Shown piece after piece: positions 1 through 9,439 of a stretch of 64,000 nt of DNA (its first letter is position 1; each line of letters opens with the position of its first letter). The notes below the pieces were generated by a model. The model was not told where the DNA came from and did not search any database. It worked only from the letters and a program-made list of their open reading frames with translations. Source of the DNA: Candidatus Hydrogenedentales bacterium (GTDB lineage: Bacteria > Hydrogenedentota > Hydrogenedentia > Hydrogenedentales > SLHB01). Position numbers and translations under genes: made by a program. The stretch spans positions 32,798-96,797 of the forward strand of contig JBHELB010000012.1 in NCBI GenBank assembly GCA_041859045.1, read 5' to 3'.

Positions 1-84
1 ATTTCTCGCACGATGGCGCATACAACGCGCGCGCGTGTTGCGCGACAGTGACCTCGTCGCGTTGTTGTCGCAGGAGAAGTACTC

Positions 85-1935
85 ATGAGCAATACCGTAC
101 GCACCCCGCGCTGGGTTTGGCTGCTGATCGCGGCGATGGCGCTCAGCGATCTGGGCGTGCATTTGTGGGTCACGTTTGCGCCCCCGCGCGGTTTCGTTGC
201 CACAGGCCTGCACACCTTCGACGATATCGTTTACCGCGTGGCGATGGATATGTTCGATAGCGGTTTCAACAATCCCTTCGCGGTTAACGGCGCGCCACTG
301 GGAACGCACGCCGCGGCCTACTTCGCCGTCCCCTGGTATTGGCTCTACGGCGCGGCGGGATTCCTGGCAACGCGGCTTCAGATGCCCCACTTCCTGATGT
401 TGGCTGTACTGAATGGGCTTGGACTCGCGTTCTATCTCTACGCGGGCTGGCGTTTTCTCGCGGCGATTGCGCCAGACCGTGTGCGGTTGGCGTTTGCGTT
501 GTGGACGCTCGGCGGGGGGCTGGGCGGGGCCATCTATCTATGGGCAATGCACAGCGGTTGGTTGTATGCGCCGGAAGCCGAGGCGGTGTTGCCGCGTTTG
601 CTGATGTATGACGTGATTGAGGGGGCGAATTTGCTGCCGATCCTGAACGGTCAGCGGTTTTACTACACATTTCCACTGGCGCTCGGGCTCGTGGGGTTCG
701 CGCGCATTGTTCACCGTCGTTCATTGGTGTTGACCGCGCCACTGTTGTTCGCAGCGTGCTTTCTGAACCTACGCGTTGCGCCGCCGCTACTCGTGGGGAT
801 ACTTGTCTACCTGGCCTGCATGCGCGACATTCCCGTGCGGCGCTGGGCCGCGATCGGCGCAGCGTGTATAGCGGCGACGGCCATCGGTGTGGCCGCGTCG
901 ATGCTCGCGATGTCGCTCAGCCCCGCCTTCACGCAAAACGCCGTGGCCAAGGTAAGTGCAGCGGCGTGGCTTACCCCGTTACTTGTCGCGGGTTTCTTCT
1001 ACATGGTTCCTGCTATCGCCGAAATCAGGCGATTGTCTACAGCGCTTGGGCCGATTCCGCGCATGCTCCTGTGCAGCGTCAACGGATACCTGCTCGCTTT
1101 TGTCGCGCTCTACATTGCCCACCACCTCTGGTACGGCAATGCGCTCGGTACGGGCGAGGCGGCGGCGGGCATTGCGGCTAGCGATCTGGCGTTGCTTGGC
1201 GGCGCGGCGGGAATCGCGTGGGCATGGCGGCGCGCGCCCCGACGCCGCATCGCGGACAAGGGCGCCTGGGTGGCGCTATGGGCGGTGGCGTTGTTGGCGT
1301 TGAGCGTCTCGGCGTTTGGTCAAGGCGCGTACCTTACGCTCGTGCCGCAACGGTTCATGGTCTTGCTGGGCCTTCCGCTGAGCCTGCTGACGGCGGAGTG
1401 CCTGACTCGTTGGCCACGCGCGGGGCGCGTCTATGCTGCCGTATTTCTGCTTGTTGGCGGGTTGACGGTTCTGGTTGGCGCACTAATGGTGCAGGGGCCG
1501 CTCGCCCATACGCCAGGGCGCGGCGCGTTGGCAGGTCACCACGCGGAGTACATGCGGGACTCGGAAACGGTGCTCCTGCAGGCGTTGGCGCCCGGAACGG
1601 TGCTGGCGCCTCCGAGCGAAGGGCCGCACTTCGGCGACGTGCTCGCGCTGCGGCCGGAAACGCGATCGGTCACGGGCGTCGGCGCGACGGATTTCGCCGA
1701 TCTCGCGCGGCGGAACACGGCGTACCGAGGCGCATATGGCTTCTTTTCTCCTGACGCCGCGAACCGTGCGGACGTTCTTGAGACCTTCGATGTCGATTTC
1801 GTGTATTGTCCGAGCACGCGCCCCGTTACGGACGTTACTCTGCGCGCGCTGCGCGAGTGGGAACGACTGCAACTCGTAGCGGCTACGGACGGCGGCGCGG
1901 TGTTCCGCGTGCGGAAGGGGAGGGCCTTGCCGTGA
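85..1935 (+). CDS. polytopic integral membrane protein, unassigned family; first gene of a coupled trio with a GT2 and a methyltransferase
   Basis: 616-aa ORF. ATG is preceded by GGAGAAG. Many hydrophobic segments consistent with 10 or more TM helices. Its stop overlaps the next gene's GTG start (GTGA). Confidence 0.6.
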   Translation: MSNTVRTPRWVWLLIAAMALSDLGVHLWVTFAPPRGFVATGLHTFDDIVYRVAMDMFDSGFNNPFAVNGAPLGTHAAAYFAVPWYWLYGAAGFLATRLQMPHFLMLAVLNGLGLAFYLYAGWRFLAAIAPDRVRLAFALWTLGGGLGGAIYLWAMHSGWLYAPEAEAVLPRLLMYDVIEGANLLPILNGQRFYYTFPLALGLVGFARIVHRRSLVLTAPLLFAACFLNLRVAPPLLVGILVYLACMRDIPVRRWAAIGAACIAATAIGVAASMLAMSLSPAFTQNAVAKVSAAAWLTPLLVAGFFYMVPAIAEIRRLSTALGPIPRMLLCSVNGYLLAFVALYIAHHLWYGNALGTGEAAAGIAASDLALLGGAAGIAWAWRRAPRRRIADKGAWVALWAVALLALSVSAFGQGAYLTLVPQRFMVLLGLPLSLLTAECLTRWPRAGRVYAAVFLLVGGLTVLVGALMVQGPLAHTPGRGALAGHHAEYMRDSETVLLQALAPGTVLAPPSEGPHFGDVLALRPETRSVTGVGATDFADLARRNTAYRGAYGFFSPDAANRADVLETFDVDFVYCPSTRPVTDVTLRALREWERLQLVAATDGGAVFRVRKGRALP

Positions 1936-2795
1936 CGAATGTGCCAGATGTCAGCGTCGCGCTCCTGACGCGCAACGCCGGGTCTCTACTGCGCCGGTTG
2001 CTCGAGAGTGTTGCTGCACAGGAGACGGAACGCGGCGTCGAGGTCGTTGCGTTGGACTCGTGCTCGACCGACGGCACGCCGGAATTGCTCAGCGAGTTCG
2101 GCGCGCGCGTGGAGCAACTTCCGCCTGAGGAGTTCAACTTCGGCACGGCGCGCGACCGCGTTTTCTCTCAGTGCAGGGGTGATGTGATCATTAGTCTTTC
2201 ACAGGACGCGATTCCCGCGCACCCGCGCTGGCTTGAACATCTTATCGAGCCGATCGTTGCCGACGGCGTCGCGGTGAGTTGCGGACGCAGTCTGCCCGAT
2301 CCGCAGCGTGCGATGCGGCAATTCCCTTGGGAAGCCAACGGTCTTTTCTACTTCACGCGCGAGATGCGGGCATTTTTCGAGCGCTACGGACGCGGTCTCT
2401 CCAATGCAAACGCCGCCTATCGACGCGAGGTGTGGGCACGACTTGGTTTTGGTCCGCAACGCATCGGCGAGGACTTCAAGTTCCAGCAAAAGCTGACGGC
2501 GGCAGGCCTGCCGATGGCGTTCCCGAGCGACGCGCCCGTGTTTCATCACCACGACTATTCGCTGGACGCGCTGTGGATGCGCTGCAAGTTGGAGGGCGAG
2601 GGCCTGCGCGACCTCGGTTTCCCCTACGGTCCACTTGACCTCGTTTCGGATCTCCTGTCGCCGCGCAAGTACGCGGTGTGGGCGCGCGATTTTGTGCAAG
2701 GACGCTTGCGCCGTCCAGCGGACTGGCTCTTTCCCGTGCTGCGGCCTTGCGCGGTGTACGCGGGCAATCGCGCGCAGGCGGAGACGTCCGCATGA
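1932..2795 (+). CDS. family 2 glycosyltransferase
   Basis: N-terminus VTNVPDVSVALLTRNAGSLLRRLLESV is a typical GT2 start. ALDSCSTDGT and a DxD-like region are present. The GTG start is inferred from a GTGA overlap with the upstream stop; the six-frame track starts the ORF earlier, inside the upstream gene. Confidence 0.7.
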   Translation: MTNVPDVSVALLTRNAGSLLRRLLESVAAQETERGVEVVALDSCSTDGTPELLSEFGARVEQLPPEEFNFGTARDRVFSQCRGDVIISLSQDAIPAHPRWLEHLIEPIVADGVAVSCGRSLPDPQRAMRQFPWEANGLFYFTREMRAFFERYGRGLSNANAAYRREVWARLGFGPQRIGEDFKFQQKLTAAGLPMAFPSDAPVFHHHDYSLDALWMRCKLEGEGLRDLGFPYGPLDLVSDLLSPRKYAVWARDFVQGRLRRPADWLFPVLRPCAVYAGNRAQAETSA

Positions 2796-3538
2796 GCGAC
2801 CGCATGCGCCGCTACTACGCCGAACATCCGCACATGGTGAGTTCGCCGTTTGGCGGCATCGAGGGTTTTCACAGTGACCTCGTTGAAAAGGTGACGCGTC
2901 GTCTTGGCATCTCCTGGATGGGCCGCCGCGTGCTGGACGTGGGGTGCGGGCGCGGATTTCTGGGCGATATCGTGCGCGCGAACGGCGGCGAGTACGTGGG
3001 CGCCGATCTCGTGGCCAGCCGTGCGGGCGTGCGCATGGCCGTGGCGGATGCGCAGCGTTTGCCGTTTGCCGACGCCTCCTTCGATCTTGTGTGCTGTATC
3101 GACGCCTTCGAACACATACCTGCGCCGCATGCCGCCGTGCAAGAGTTTCGCCGGGTGCTACGGCCCGACGGCTCGGTGTTTTTGTCGGCCCCAAACTACG
3201 GAAACGTCGCGGGGCTAGTAAAGAAGTGGTGCGAGTCACGGGGCGGTTACGCGCGCGATTCCTGGGCTCCCTTCGGGCGGTGGAGCCCGCAAGAACTCGA
3301 ACACGCGCTGACCTTGCGCGGGGTGCGTCGGCTGTTTAGCGCGGCGGGCGCGCGCCGCATGCAGTGCATCGGCTATGGTGCGGAGGTTGAGTTAGGTCTG
3401 TTCCCATGGATTGCTCACCCGCGCTTTCCCGAGGCGCTGTTGTATCGCCTGCAACGCCTGTTTCGCGCCGTCGGGCCGGGAGTGGCGCGCGTCTGGCCGG
3501 GGGCGAGTCTGCACGGCTTTTGGCGTATAGACTTCTGA
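2792..3538 (+). CDS. class I SAM-dependent methyltransferase
   Basis: VLDVGCGRGFLG glycine-rich SAM motif. ATGA overlap with the GT2 stop. Conserved acidic residues follow. Confidence 0.8.
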   Translation: MSDRMRRYYAEHPHMVSSPFGGIEGFHSDLVEKVTRRLGISWMGRRVLDVGCGRGFLGDIVRANGGEYVGADLVASRAGVRMAVADAQRLPFADASFDLVCCIDAFEHIPAPHAAVQEFRRVLRPDGSVFLSAPNYGNVAGLVKKWCESRGGYARDSWAPFGRWSPQELEHALTLRGVRRLFSAAGARRMQCIGYGAEVELGLFPWIAHPRFPEALLYRLQRLFRAVGPGVARVWPGASLHGFWRIDF

Positions 3539-3630
3539 CGGGCGGAAGGCCTTCCGCGCCAGAGATGTTTCCACTGTGCAGGGCCGAATGGTATGCTGTT
3601 GCACCGCTGAGGGGCAAGGGAGACAACACG

Positions 3631-6600
3631 ATGAGCCAGCAGACATCGCTGGAGGCGTTATGGGAGCGGAAGGCGTATCGCCGGGGATTCTGGGCACTCC
3701 TGGCGACGCAATTTCAGGGGGCATTCAACGACAACGCCTTCAAGCAGACGATCATCTTGTCGCTACCGGTGCTGTTGACGGCGCAGCATTACCCGGAATC
3801 GTGGCAGGGCTACGTAACGGGCGTGTCCACGCTGCTGTTTAACCTGCCGTTTATCCTGCTGCCGGGGATTGCGGGGGCACTGGCGGATCGCTACAGCAAG
3901 CAGAGCGTGGCGTTGGCCACCAAGTATTTCGAAGTAGCTATCATGGTCTTTGGGGCTGTTGCGTTCTATATCGGAAATCCGTACGCGATATGGGCGATGC
4001 TGTTCCTTATGGGCCTGCAGAGCACGCTCTTTAGTCCCGCGAAGTACGGCATTTTGCCGGAGACCCTCCCAGAAGGCCGTTTGTCTTGGGGCAACGGCGT
4101 CCTCGCGACGCTCACTTTCGTGGCGATCATTCTGGGTACGGGCGCGGTGGGCCCGCTGCTCGATCTGGCGGGCGGGAACGTCTATCTCATCGCGCTGCCG
4201 CTCATCGTGCTGTCGATCCTAGGCACACTCTCCGCGCGCTGGATCACACACCCGCCCGCGGCCGCGCCGGATCGTCCCTTGCCGTTGAACCCCTGGGCGG
4301 ACATGGGGCAGTACGTGCGCCTGTTCCTGGCCGATCGTTGGCTGCTGCTTACGATGCTTGGCATTACCTACTTCTGGTTCTGCGGGCAACTCATGATGAT
4401 GAACATCATCGAATTTGCCAAAGGCATCTCGTCGAACAACACCGGCATCTCGATCATGCTCGCGTCGCTCACGCTCGGCATCGGCGGCGGCAGCATGGCC
4501 GCGGGATATCTGTCGCGCGGACGGATCGAGGTGGGCCTTATCCCGCTTGGCGCGTTGGGGCTGTCGTTCTTCAGCGCGGTATTGGGCCTGAACACGGTGG
4601 GGCTGTGGGGCGGCTCCGCGCTCCTGTTTGCATTGGGATTCTTTGGCGGCATCTACGATCTGCCGATGCAGGCGACGTTGCAGCAGCGGAGCCCGGACAG
4701 CGTCAAGGGCGGCATGATCGCCGCGAACAATTTCTTCAATTTCGTCGGCATGGGCCTGGCCGCAGGGCTATTCATTCTGTTGTTTGGCGTGCTGCACGTC
4801 TCGCCGCGAGTCATTTTCCTGCTTAGCGCCGTGCTCACGCTCGCCGTGGGCATTTACATCTGCTATTTGTTGCCGATGTTCCTGCTGCGCTTCATTCTGT
4901 GGGTACTGGGGAACACGTTCTACCGCCTGACCGTCGCGGGCGCGCACCACGTACCGCAGAAAAGCGGCGCGCTCATCGTCGCCAATCACACGTCTTTCAT
5001 CGACGCGCTCGCGGTCATCGCGTCACTCGATCGCCCCATGCGGTTTCTGATGGACCATGAGATCTACGACCTGCCTTGGGTGCGCCCACTGGCGAAAGCG
5101 ATGAACGCGATCCCTATTTCGCCAAAGGACAGCCCACGCGAGTTGATCACCGCGCTCAAAACCGCCGCGAGCGCCATCGAGAATGGCGAGTTGGTTTGCA
5201 TCTTTGCCGAGGGGCAGATCTCGCGCACCGGCCAGCTGCTGCCGTTCCGAAAAGGATTTGAGCGGATCATGAAGGGCCTCGACGCGCCCATCATTCCCGT
5301 GTACCTCGATCAACTCTGGGGCAGCGTATTCAGCTATTCCGGCAACAAATTCTTCTGGAAAGTCCCGCGCAGTATTCCGTATCGCGTGACGGTCGCCTAC
5401 GGCGCGCCGATGCCGGGCGACAGCACGCCGCAGGCCGTGCGCCAGGCGATGCAGGAACTCGGCACAGAGGCGTTCCTTCTGCGCAAGCATCGTCAGCCCA
5501 TGTTGCATCGTGCGTTCGTGCGCAGCGTCCGGCGTAGGCCGTTCGCGTTGTGCATGGCCGACATGACGATTCCCAAGCTCTCGTATTTCAAAACCTACGT
5601 TGGCGCGCTCGTGTTTGCGCGCAAACTGAATGCGCTGCTCGACGATCACTCTATGGTCGGCGTCTTGTTGCCGTCCACCGTCGGCGGCGCGCTCACCAAT
5701 ATCGCGCTCCAATTTATGGGCCGGACGGCGGTCAATCTCAATTACACCGCCGCGCCGGACGCCGTCGCCTCCGCCGCGCGGCAGTGCAACATTCGTCACG
5801 TAATCACGGCGCACGCGTTCCTCGAAAAGGTGCCGATGGACGTCCCCGGCGAAGCGATCTATCTCGAAGACATCCGCAAAACCGTGACCGGACTCGACCG
5901 TATCACCGCGATGCTCATGGCGGTGTTTCTGCCGGTGCGCGTGATCGAGCGGCGTCTCGGCGGCCCGCGCAAGCGCTCGGTGGATGACCTCGCGACGATC
6001 ATCTTCTCGAGCGGCAGCGAGGGCGAGCCGAAGGGCGTGATGCTGAGTCATTTCAACATCAGTTGCAACATCGAAGCGACGCTGCAGGTCTTTCCGCATG
6101 AGGCCGGATTCGGCATGACGGGCATTCTGCCGTTCTTCCATTCCTTCGGTTACTTGGGCGGACTGTGGCTGCCGCTGTTTGGCGGGTTCTTTACGGTGTA
6201 CTACCCAAATCCGCTCGACGCGAAGACTGTGGGTTCCTTGATCGGCCAGTACCACCCGCAGTTCCTTATCGCCACGCCGACGTTTCTTCAGAACTTCATC
6301 CGCCGTTGCCTGCCTGAAGAAATGAGTTCACTCATCTACGTCGTGACGGGCGCGGAAAAACTCTCGCCGCGCATCCGCGAGGCGTTTCGGGCGAAGTTCG
6401 GCATCGAGCCACTCGAAGGCTACGGCACAACGGAATGCGCCCCGGTGGTGTCGGTGAACGTGCCCGATTTCCGCGCACCGGGCTTCTACCAAGTCGGCAC
6501 GAAGCACGGCACCATTGGCCATCCGGTTCCGGGCGTGAGTGTGCGCGTGATCGACCCCGACACCGAGGAACCACTGCAGGACGGCACTCCGGGACTTTTG

Positions 6601-7071
6601 TTGGTCAAAGGGCCGAACATCATGCAGGGCTACTTGGGGCAACCGGAGAAGACGGCGAAGGTCTTGCGAAACGGGTGGTATTCGACGGGCGACATCGCGG
6701 CGATCGACGAAGACGGGTTCATCACGATCACGGACCGCTTGTCGCGCTTCAGCAAGATCGCGGGCGAGATGGTGCCGCACAACAAAATCGAGGAAACGTT
6801 CCACGAGATGCTCGGGCTTCAGGAGCAGTCCCTGGCGATCGTGGGCGTGCCCGACGAATCTCGCGGCGAACGCCTGGTCTGCCTGCACACGCTGAGCGAA
6901 GACCTGCTCGACAGCCTTCTCGCGCGCTTGGACACGTGCTCACTGCCGAAACTCTGGATTCCCAAGCCCAGCGCCTTCTACCGCATCGAAACGATTCCCG
7001 TCCTCGGCACGGGAAAGGTCGATCTGCGCGCGCTAAAGAAGATGGCGAACGAACTTGACCTTGGCGTATAG
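3631..7071 (+). CDS. aas: tri-domain fusion: MFS lysophospholipid transporter (LplT-like), PlsC-type acyltransferase and AMP-binding acyl-ACP synthetase (Aas-like)
   Basis: The N-terminal ~400 aa carry 12 hydrophobic helices (MFS). The middle has the acyltransferase HxxxxD motif (ANHTSFID) and FAEGQISRTG. The C-terminus has AMP-binding motifs (IIFSSGSEGEPKG, GYGTTE, WYSTGD). ATG 3631 is preceded by AAGGGAGA. Confidence 0.8.
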   Translation: MSQQTSLEALWERKAYRRGFWALLATQFQGAFNDNAFKQTIILSLPVLLTAQHYPESWQGYVTGVSTLLFNLPFILLPGIAGALADRYSKQSVALATKYFEVAIMVFGAVAFYIGNPYAIWAMLFLMGLQSTLFSPAKYGILPETLPEGRLSWGNGVLATLTFVAIILGTGAVGPLLDLAGGNVYLIALPLIVLSILGTLSARWITHPPAAAPDRPLPLNPWADMGQYVRLFLADRWLLLTMLGITYFWFCGQLMMMNIIEFAKGISSNNTGISIMLASLTLGIGGGSMAAGYLSRGRIEVGLIPLGALGLSFFSAVLGLNTVGLWGGSALLFALGFFGGIYDLPMQATLQQRSPDSVKGGMIAANNFFNFVGMGLAAGLFILLFGVLHVSPRVIFLLSAVLTLAVGIYICYLLPMFLLRFILWVLGNTFYRLTVAGAHHVPQKSGALIVANHTSFIDALAVIASLDRPMRFLMDHEIYDLPWVRPLAKAMNAIPISPKDSPRELITALKTAASAIENGELVCIFAEGQISRTGQLLPFRKGFERIMKGLDAPIIPVYLDQLWGSVFSYSGNKFFWKVPRSIPYRVTVAYGAPMPGDSTPQAVRQAMQELGTEAFLLRKHRQPMLHRAFVRSVRRRPFALCMADMTIPKLSYFKTYVGALVFARKLNALLDDHSMVGVLLPSTVGGALTNIALQFMGRTAVNLNYTAAPDAVASAARQCNIRHVITAHAFLEKVPMDVPGEAIYLEDIRKTVTGLDRITAMLMAVFLPVRVIERRLGGPRKRSVDDLATIIFSSGSEGEPKGVMLSHFNISCNIEATLQVFPHEAGFGMTGILPFFHSFGYLGGLWLPLFGGFFTVYYPNPLDAKTVGSLIGQYHPQFLIATPTFLQNFIRRCLPEEMSSLIYVVTGAEKLSPRIREAFRAKFGIEPLEGYGTTECAPVVSVNVPDFRAPGFYQVGTKHGTIGHPVPGVSVRVIDPDTEEPLQDGTPGLLLVKGPNIMQGYLGQPEKTAKVLRNGWYSTGDIAAIDEDGFITITDRLSRFSKIAGEMVPHNKIEETFHEMLGLQEQSLAIVGVPDESRGERLVCLHTLSEDLLDSLLARLDTCSLPKLWIPKPSAFYRIETIPVLGTGKVDLRALKKMANELDLGV

Positions 7072-7115
7072 GCGGCGGTAAGTGCGCCAAGTCTGTGGAA
7101 TGAGGAGTATTTTGC

Positions 7116-7709
7116 ATGGCAATTCCTGAAAACGCGAATCCGATTGAGTTGTTCAAGGAATGGCTGGAAGAAGCCAAAGGTACGGACCTGAAAGAGCCGA
7201 CGTCGGTGGCGTTGGCGACGGCGGATGCGAATGGACGTCCGTCGGTGCGCATGGTGCTGCTCAAGGGAGTGGATGAGCGCGGTTTCACGTTCTACACGAA
7301 TCTCACCAGCCCGAAGGCGCAGCAACTCGACGCCAATCCGCGCGCGGCGTTGTGTTTTCACTACATGCCGCTCAAGAAACAGGTCCGCGTGGAGGGTGTG
7401 GTCGAACGGGTGAGCGACGAGGAGGCGGACGCGTATTTTGCGTCGCGTGCGCGGATTAGTCAGCTCGGCGCATGGGCCTCAAAGCAATCGCAGCCGCTGC
7501 CGGAACGTTTCGCGCTCGAGAAACGCGTCGCCAAGTACACCGCGCGATTCAACATCGGCAAGGTGCCGCGTCCATCGTTTTGGTCTGGATATCGCGTGAA
7601 GCCGGACTGGATCGAATTCTGGCACGAGAAACCGTTCCGGTTGCACGACCGCATCGTCTACCGCCGCACGGAATCCGGCGCGTGGGAAAGCCAGTGGTTG
7701 TTTCCGTAA
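7116..7709 (+). CDS. pdxH: pyridoxamine 5'-phosphate oxidase
   Basis: 197 aa. [21 protein letters not shown] and [19 protein letters not shown] are typical PNPOx blocks. RBS AGGAG. Confidence 0.85.
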   Translation: MAIPENANPIELFKEWLEEAKGTDLKEPTSVALATADANGRPSVRMVLLKGVDERGFTFYTNLTSPKAQQLDANPRAALCFHYMPLKKQVRVEGVVERVSDEEADAYFASRARISQLGAWASKQSQPLPERFALEKRVAKYTARFNIGKVPRPSFWSGYRVKPDWIEFWHEKPFRLHDRIVYRRTESGAWESQWLFP

Positions 7710-7754
7710 GGGACCGCCGCCCGGCGGCCCCTTACGGCTAGACTTCCCGCAGGG

Positions 7755-9143
7755 CTACGCCGCCGCGTCCTTGAACTGCGCGATGAGCGTCTGAAGACTG
7801 GCCTTGGCGTCGCCAAACAGCATGCGCGTGTTCGGTTTGAAGAATAGGGGATTTTCAATTCCGGCGAATCCCGCCGCCATGGACCGTTTGAGCACGAAGC
7901 AAGTGCGGGCGCGATCCACTTCGATCGTGGGCATGCCGTAAATCGGACTGCCCTCGTCCTCGCGCGCGGCGGGGTTCACGACATCATTGGCGCCAATCAC
8001 AATCGCGACGTCGACGGTTTCCATCACGGGATTCACGTCGTCGGGCACAGCGAGCAACTCATACGGCACATTGGCCTCGGCCAACAGCACGTTCATATGC
8101 CCCGGCATGCGCCCCGCGACGGGATGAATACCGAATTTCACCTCGGCCCCATTGCGCTCGAGTATTTCGGCGAGTTCCCGCACGGCGTGTTGCGCTTGTG
8201 CGACCGCCATGCCGTAGCCCGGCACAAACAACACCGACTGCGCGGCTTCGAGCACGTAGTACGCGTCGTCGGCCGAAATGGGTGTCGCTTCGCCCTGCAC
8301 TCCGGCGCTCTTTTTCTTCGACGCCGATCCAAATCCGCTGAACAGCACGTTGCCCAGCGAGCGGTTCATCGCCTTGCACATGATGCTCGTGAGGATGATG
8401 CCGCTCGCGCCGACAAGCGAACCGGAAACGATGAGCACGGTGTTGCGGATGATGAAACCGGCGGCGCATCCGGCAAGCCCGGAGTAGCTGTTGAGCAGAG
8501 AAATCACCACGGGCATGTCTGCACCGCCGATGGGGATCGTCACCAGTACGCCCAGTACCAAAGACAACACAACCGCCGCGATGAACACAGGGTACAATTC
8601 CGCAGGATTTATGCAGAACGCCACGCCGCCGGCAATCAGCGCGGCAAGCACGAGCCCGTTCACGATCTGTTGGCCTCGAAAGAGGATCGGTTTGCCGGTA
8701 ATTTTCTCGGCGAGTTTGGCGTACGCAATCATGCTGCCCGAGAACGTCACGCCACCGATCAGCACGGCGAGGTAAATCGCAAGGACGGTGATGAAATCGC
8801 CCTCCGTCTCACGCGCGTGGATGCCGTTGTACTCATACCACCCGACCAACAGGCTTGCCAGACCGCCGAACCCATTAAACAGGGCGACAAACTCCGGCAT
8901 GGAGGTCATGGGGACGCGCAGCGCGGCGATCATGCCCGCCGTTGCGCCGAGGGCCACCCCCACCAAAATCCAGGTGTAAGACAAAATCCCTTGATCGAAC
9001 AGCGTCACGACGATGGCGAGCAGCATGCCCGTCGCGGATAGGATGTTGCCCCGACGCGCGGTGGCGGCCGAGCTCATCATCTTGAGGCCGAAAATAAACA
9101 GAATCGACGCGGCAATATAGCTGAGTTGTATAACAGTGGTCAC
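7755..9143 (-). CDS. pntB: NAD(P) transhydrogenase subunit beta
   Basis: 462 aa with an N-terminal membrane domain. The C-terminal dIII domain carries GYGMAVAQAQ...GIHPVAGRMPGHMNVLLAEA. Confidence 0.9.
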   Translation of the reverse strand: MTTVIQLSYIAASILFIFGLKMMSSAATARRGNILSATGMLLAIVVTLFDQGILSYTWILVGVALGATAGMIAALRVPMTSMPEFVALFNGFGGLASLLVGWYEYNGIHARETEGDFITVLAIYLAVLIGGVTFSGSMIAYAKLAEKITGKPILFRGQQIVNGLVLAALIAGGVAFCINPAELYPVFIAAVVLSLVLGVLVTIPIGGADMPVVISLLNSYSGLAGCAAGFIIRNTVLIVSGSLVGASGIILTSIMCKAMNRSLGNVLFSGFGSASKKKSAGVQGEATPISADDAYYVLEAAQSVLFVPGYGMAVAQAQHAVRELAEILERNGAEVKFGIHPVAGRMPGHMNVLLAEANVPYELLAVPDDVNPVMETVDVAIVIGANDVVNPAAREDEGSPIYGMPTIEVDRARTCFVLKRSMAAGFAGIENPLFFKPNTRMLFGDAKASLQTLIAQFKDAAA

Positions 9144-9436
9144 GACGATTTCCCCGGTTGTTTGCTCTTGAACATGGCCAGCATGCGATCGGTCACGAGA
9201 TAGCCGCCCACTACGTTAATCGTAGCCAGGGCCACTGCCGCCACGCCCAGCGCCGTCCCCAAGACCGAATCTCCCGCGCTGCCCGCGGCGACGATTGCGC
9301 CGACAATCGTGATGCCAGAAATCGCGTTCGAGCCGGACATCAGCGGCGTATGCAGTTGAGAGGGAACTTTCGAGATCAACTCGACGCCCAGAAAGATCGC
9401 CAGGGCGAAGGTGAAAAGCAACAGCATTGTAACCAT
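9140..9436 (-). CDS. pntA: NAD(P) transhydrogenase subunit alpha part 2 (membrane segment)
   Basis: 98-aa hydrophobic protein. Its end overlaps the pntB start and it sits directly downstream of the alpha-1 gene. This is the split-alpha arrangement. Confidence 0.8.
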   Translation of the reverse strand: MVTMLLLFTFALAIFLGVELISKVPSQLHTPLMSGSNAISGITIVGAIVAAGSAGDSVLGTALGVAAVALATINVVGGYLVTDRMLAMFKSKQPGKSS

Positions 9437-9439
9437 GAG

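Noticed and set aside
2199-3239. 346-aa minus-strand ORF antisense to the methyltransferase and GT2 genes
   Set aside because: It lies entirely inside well-supported plus-strand genes, has Arg/Pro/Ala-rich low-complexity translation typical of the GC-rich antisense frame, and has no RBS or motifs.
5023-6255. 410-aa minus-strand ORF inside the aas fusion gene
   Set aside because: It is antisense to an AMP-binding domain with clear motifs. Open frames on the opposite strand are expected at ~65% GC.
8097-9041. 314-aa plus-strand ORF opposite pntB
   Set aside because: It is antisense to a highly conserved gene, and its composition is Arg/His-rich junk.
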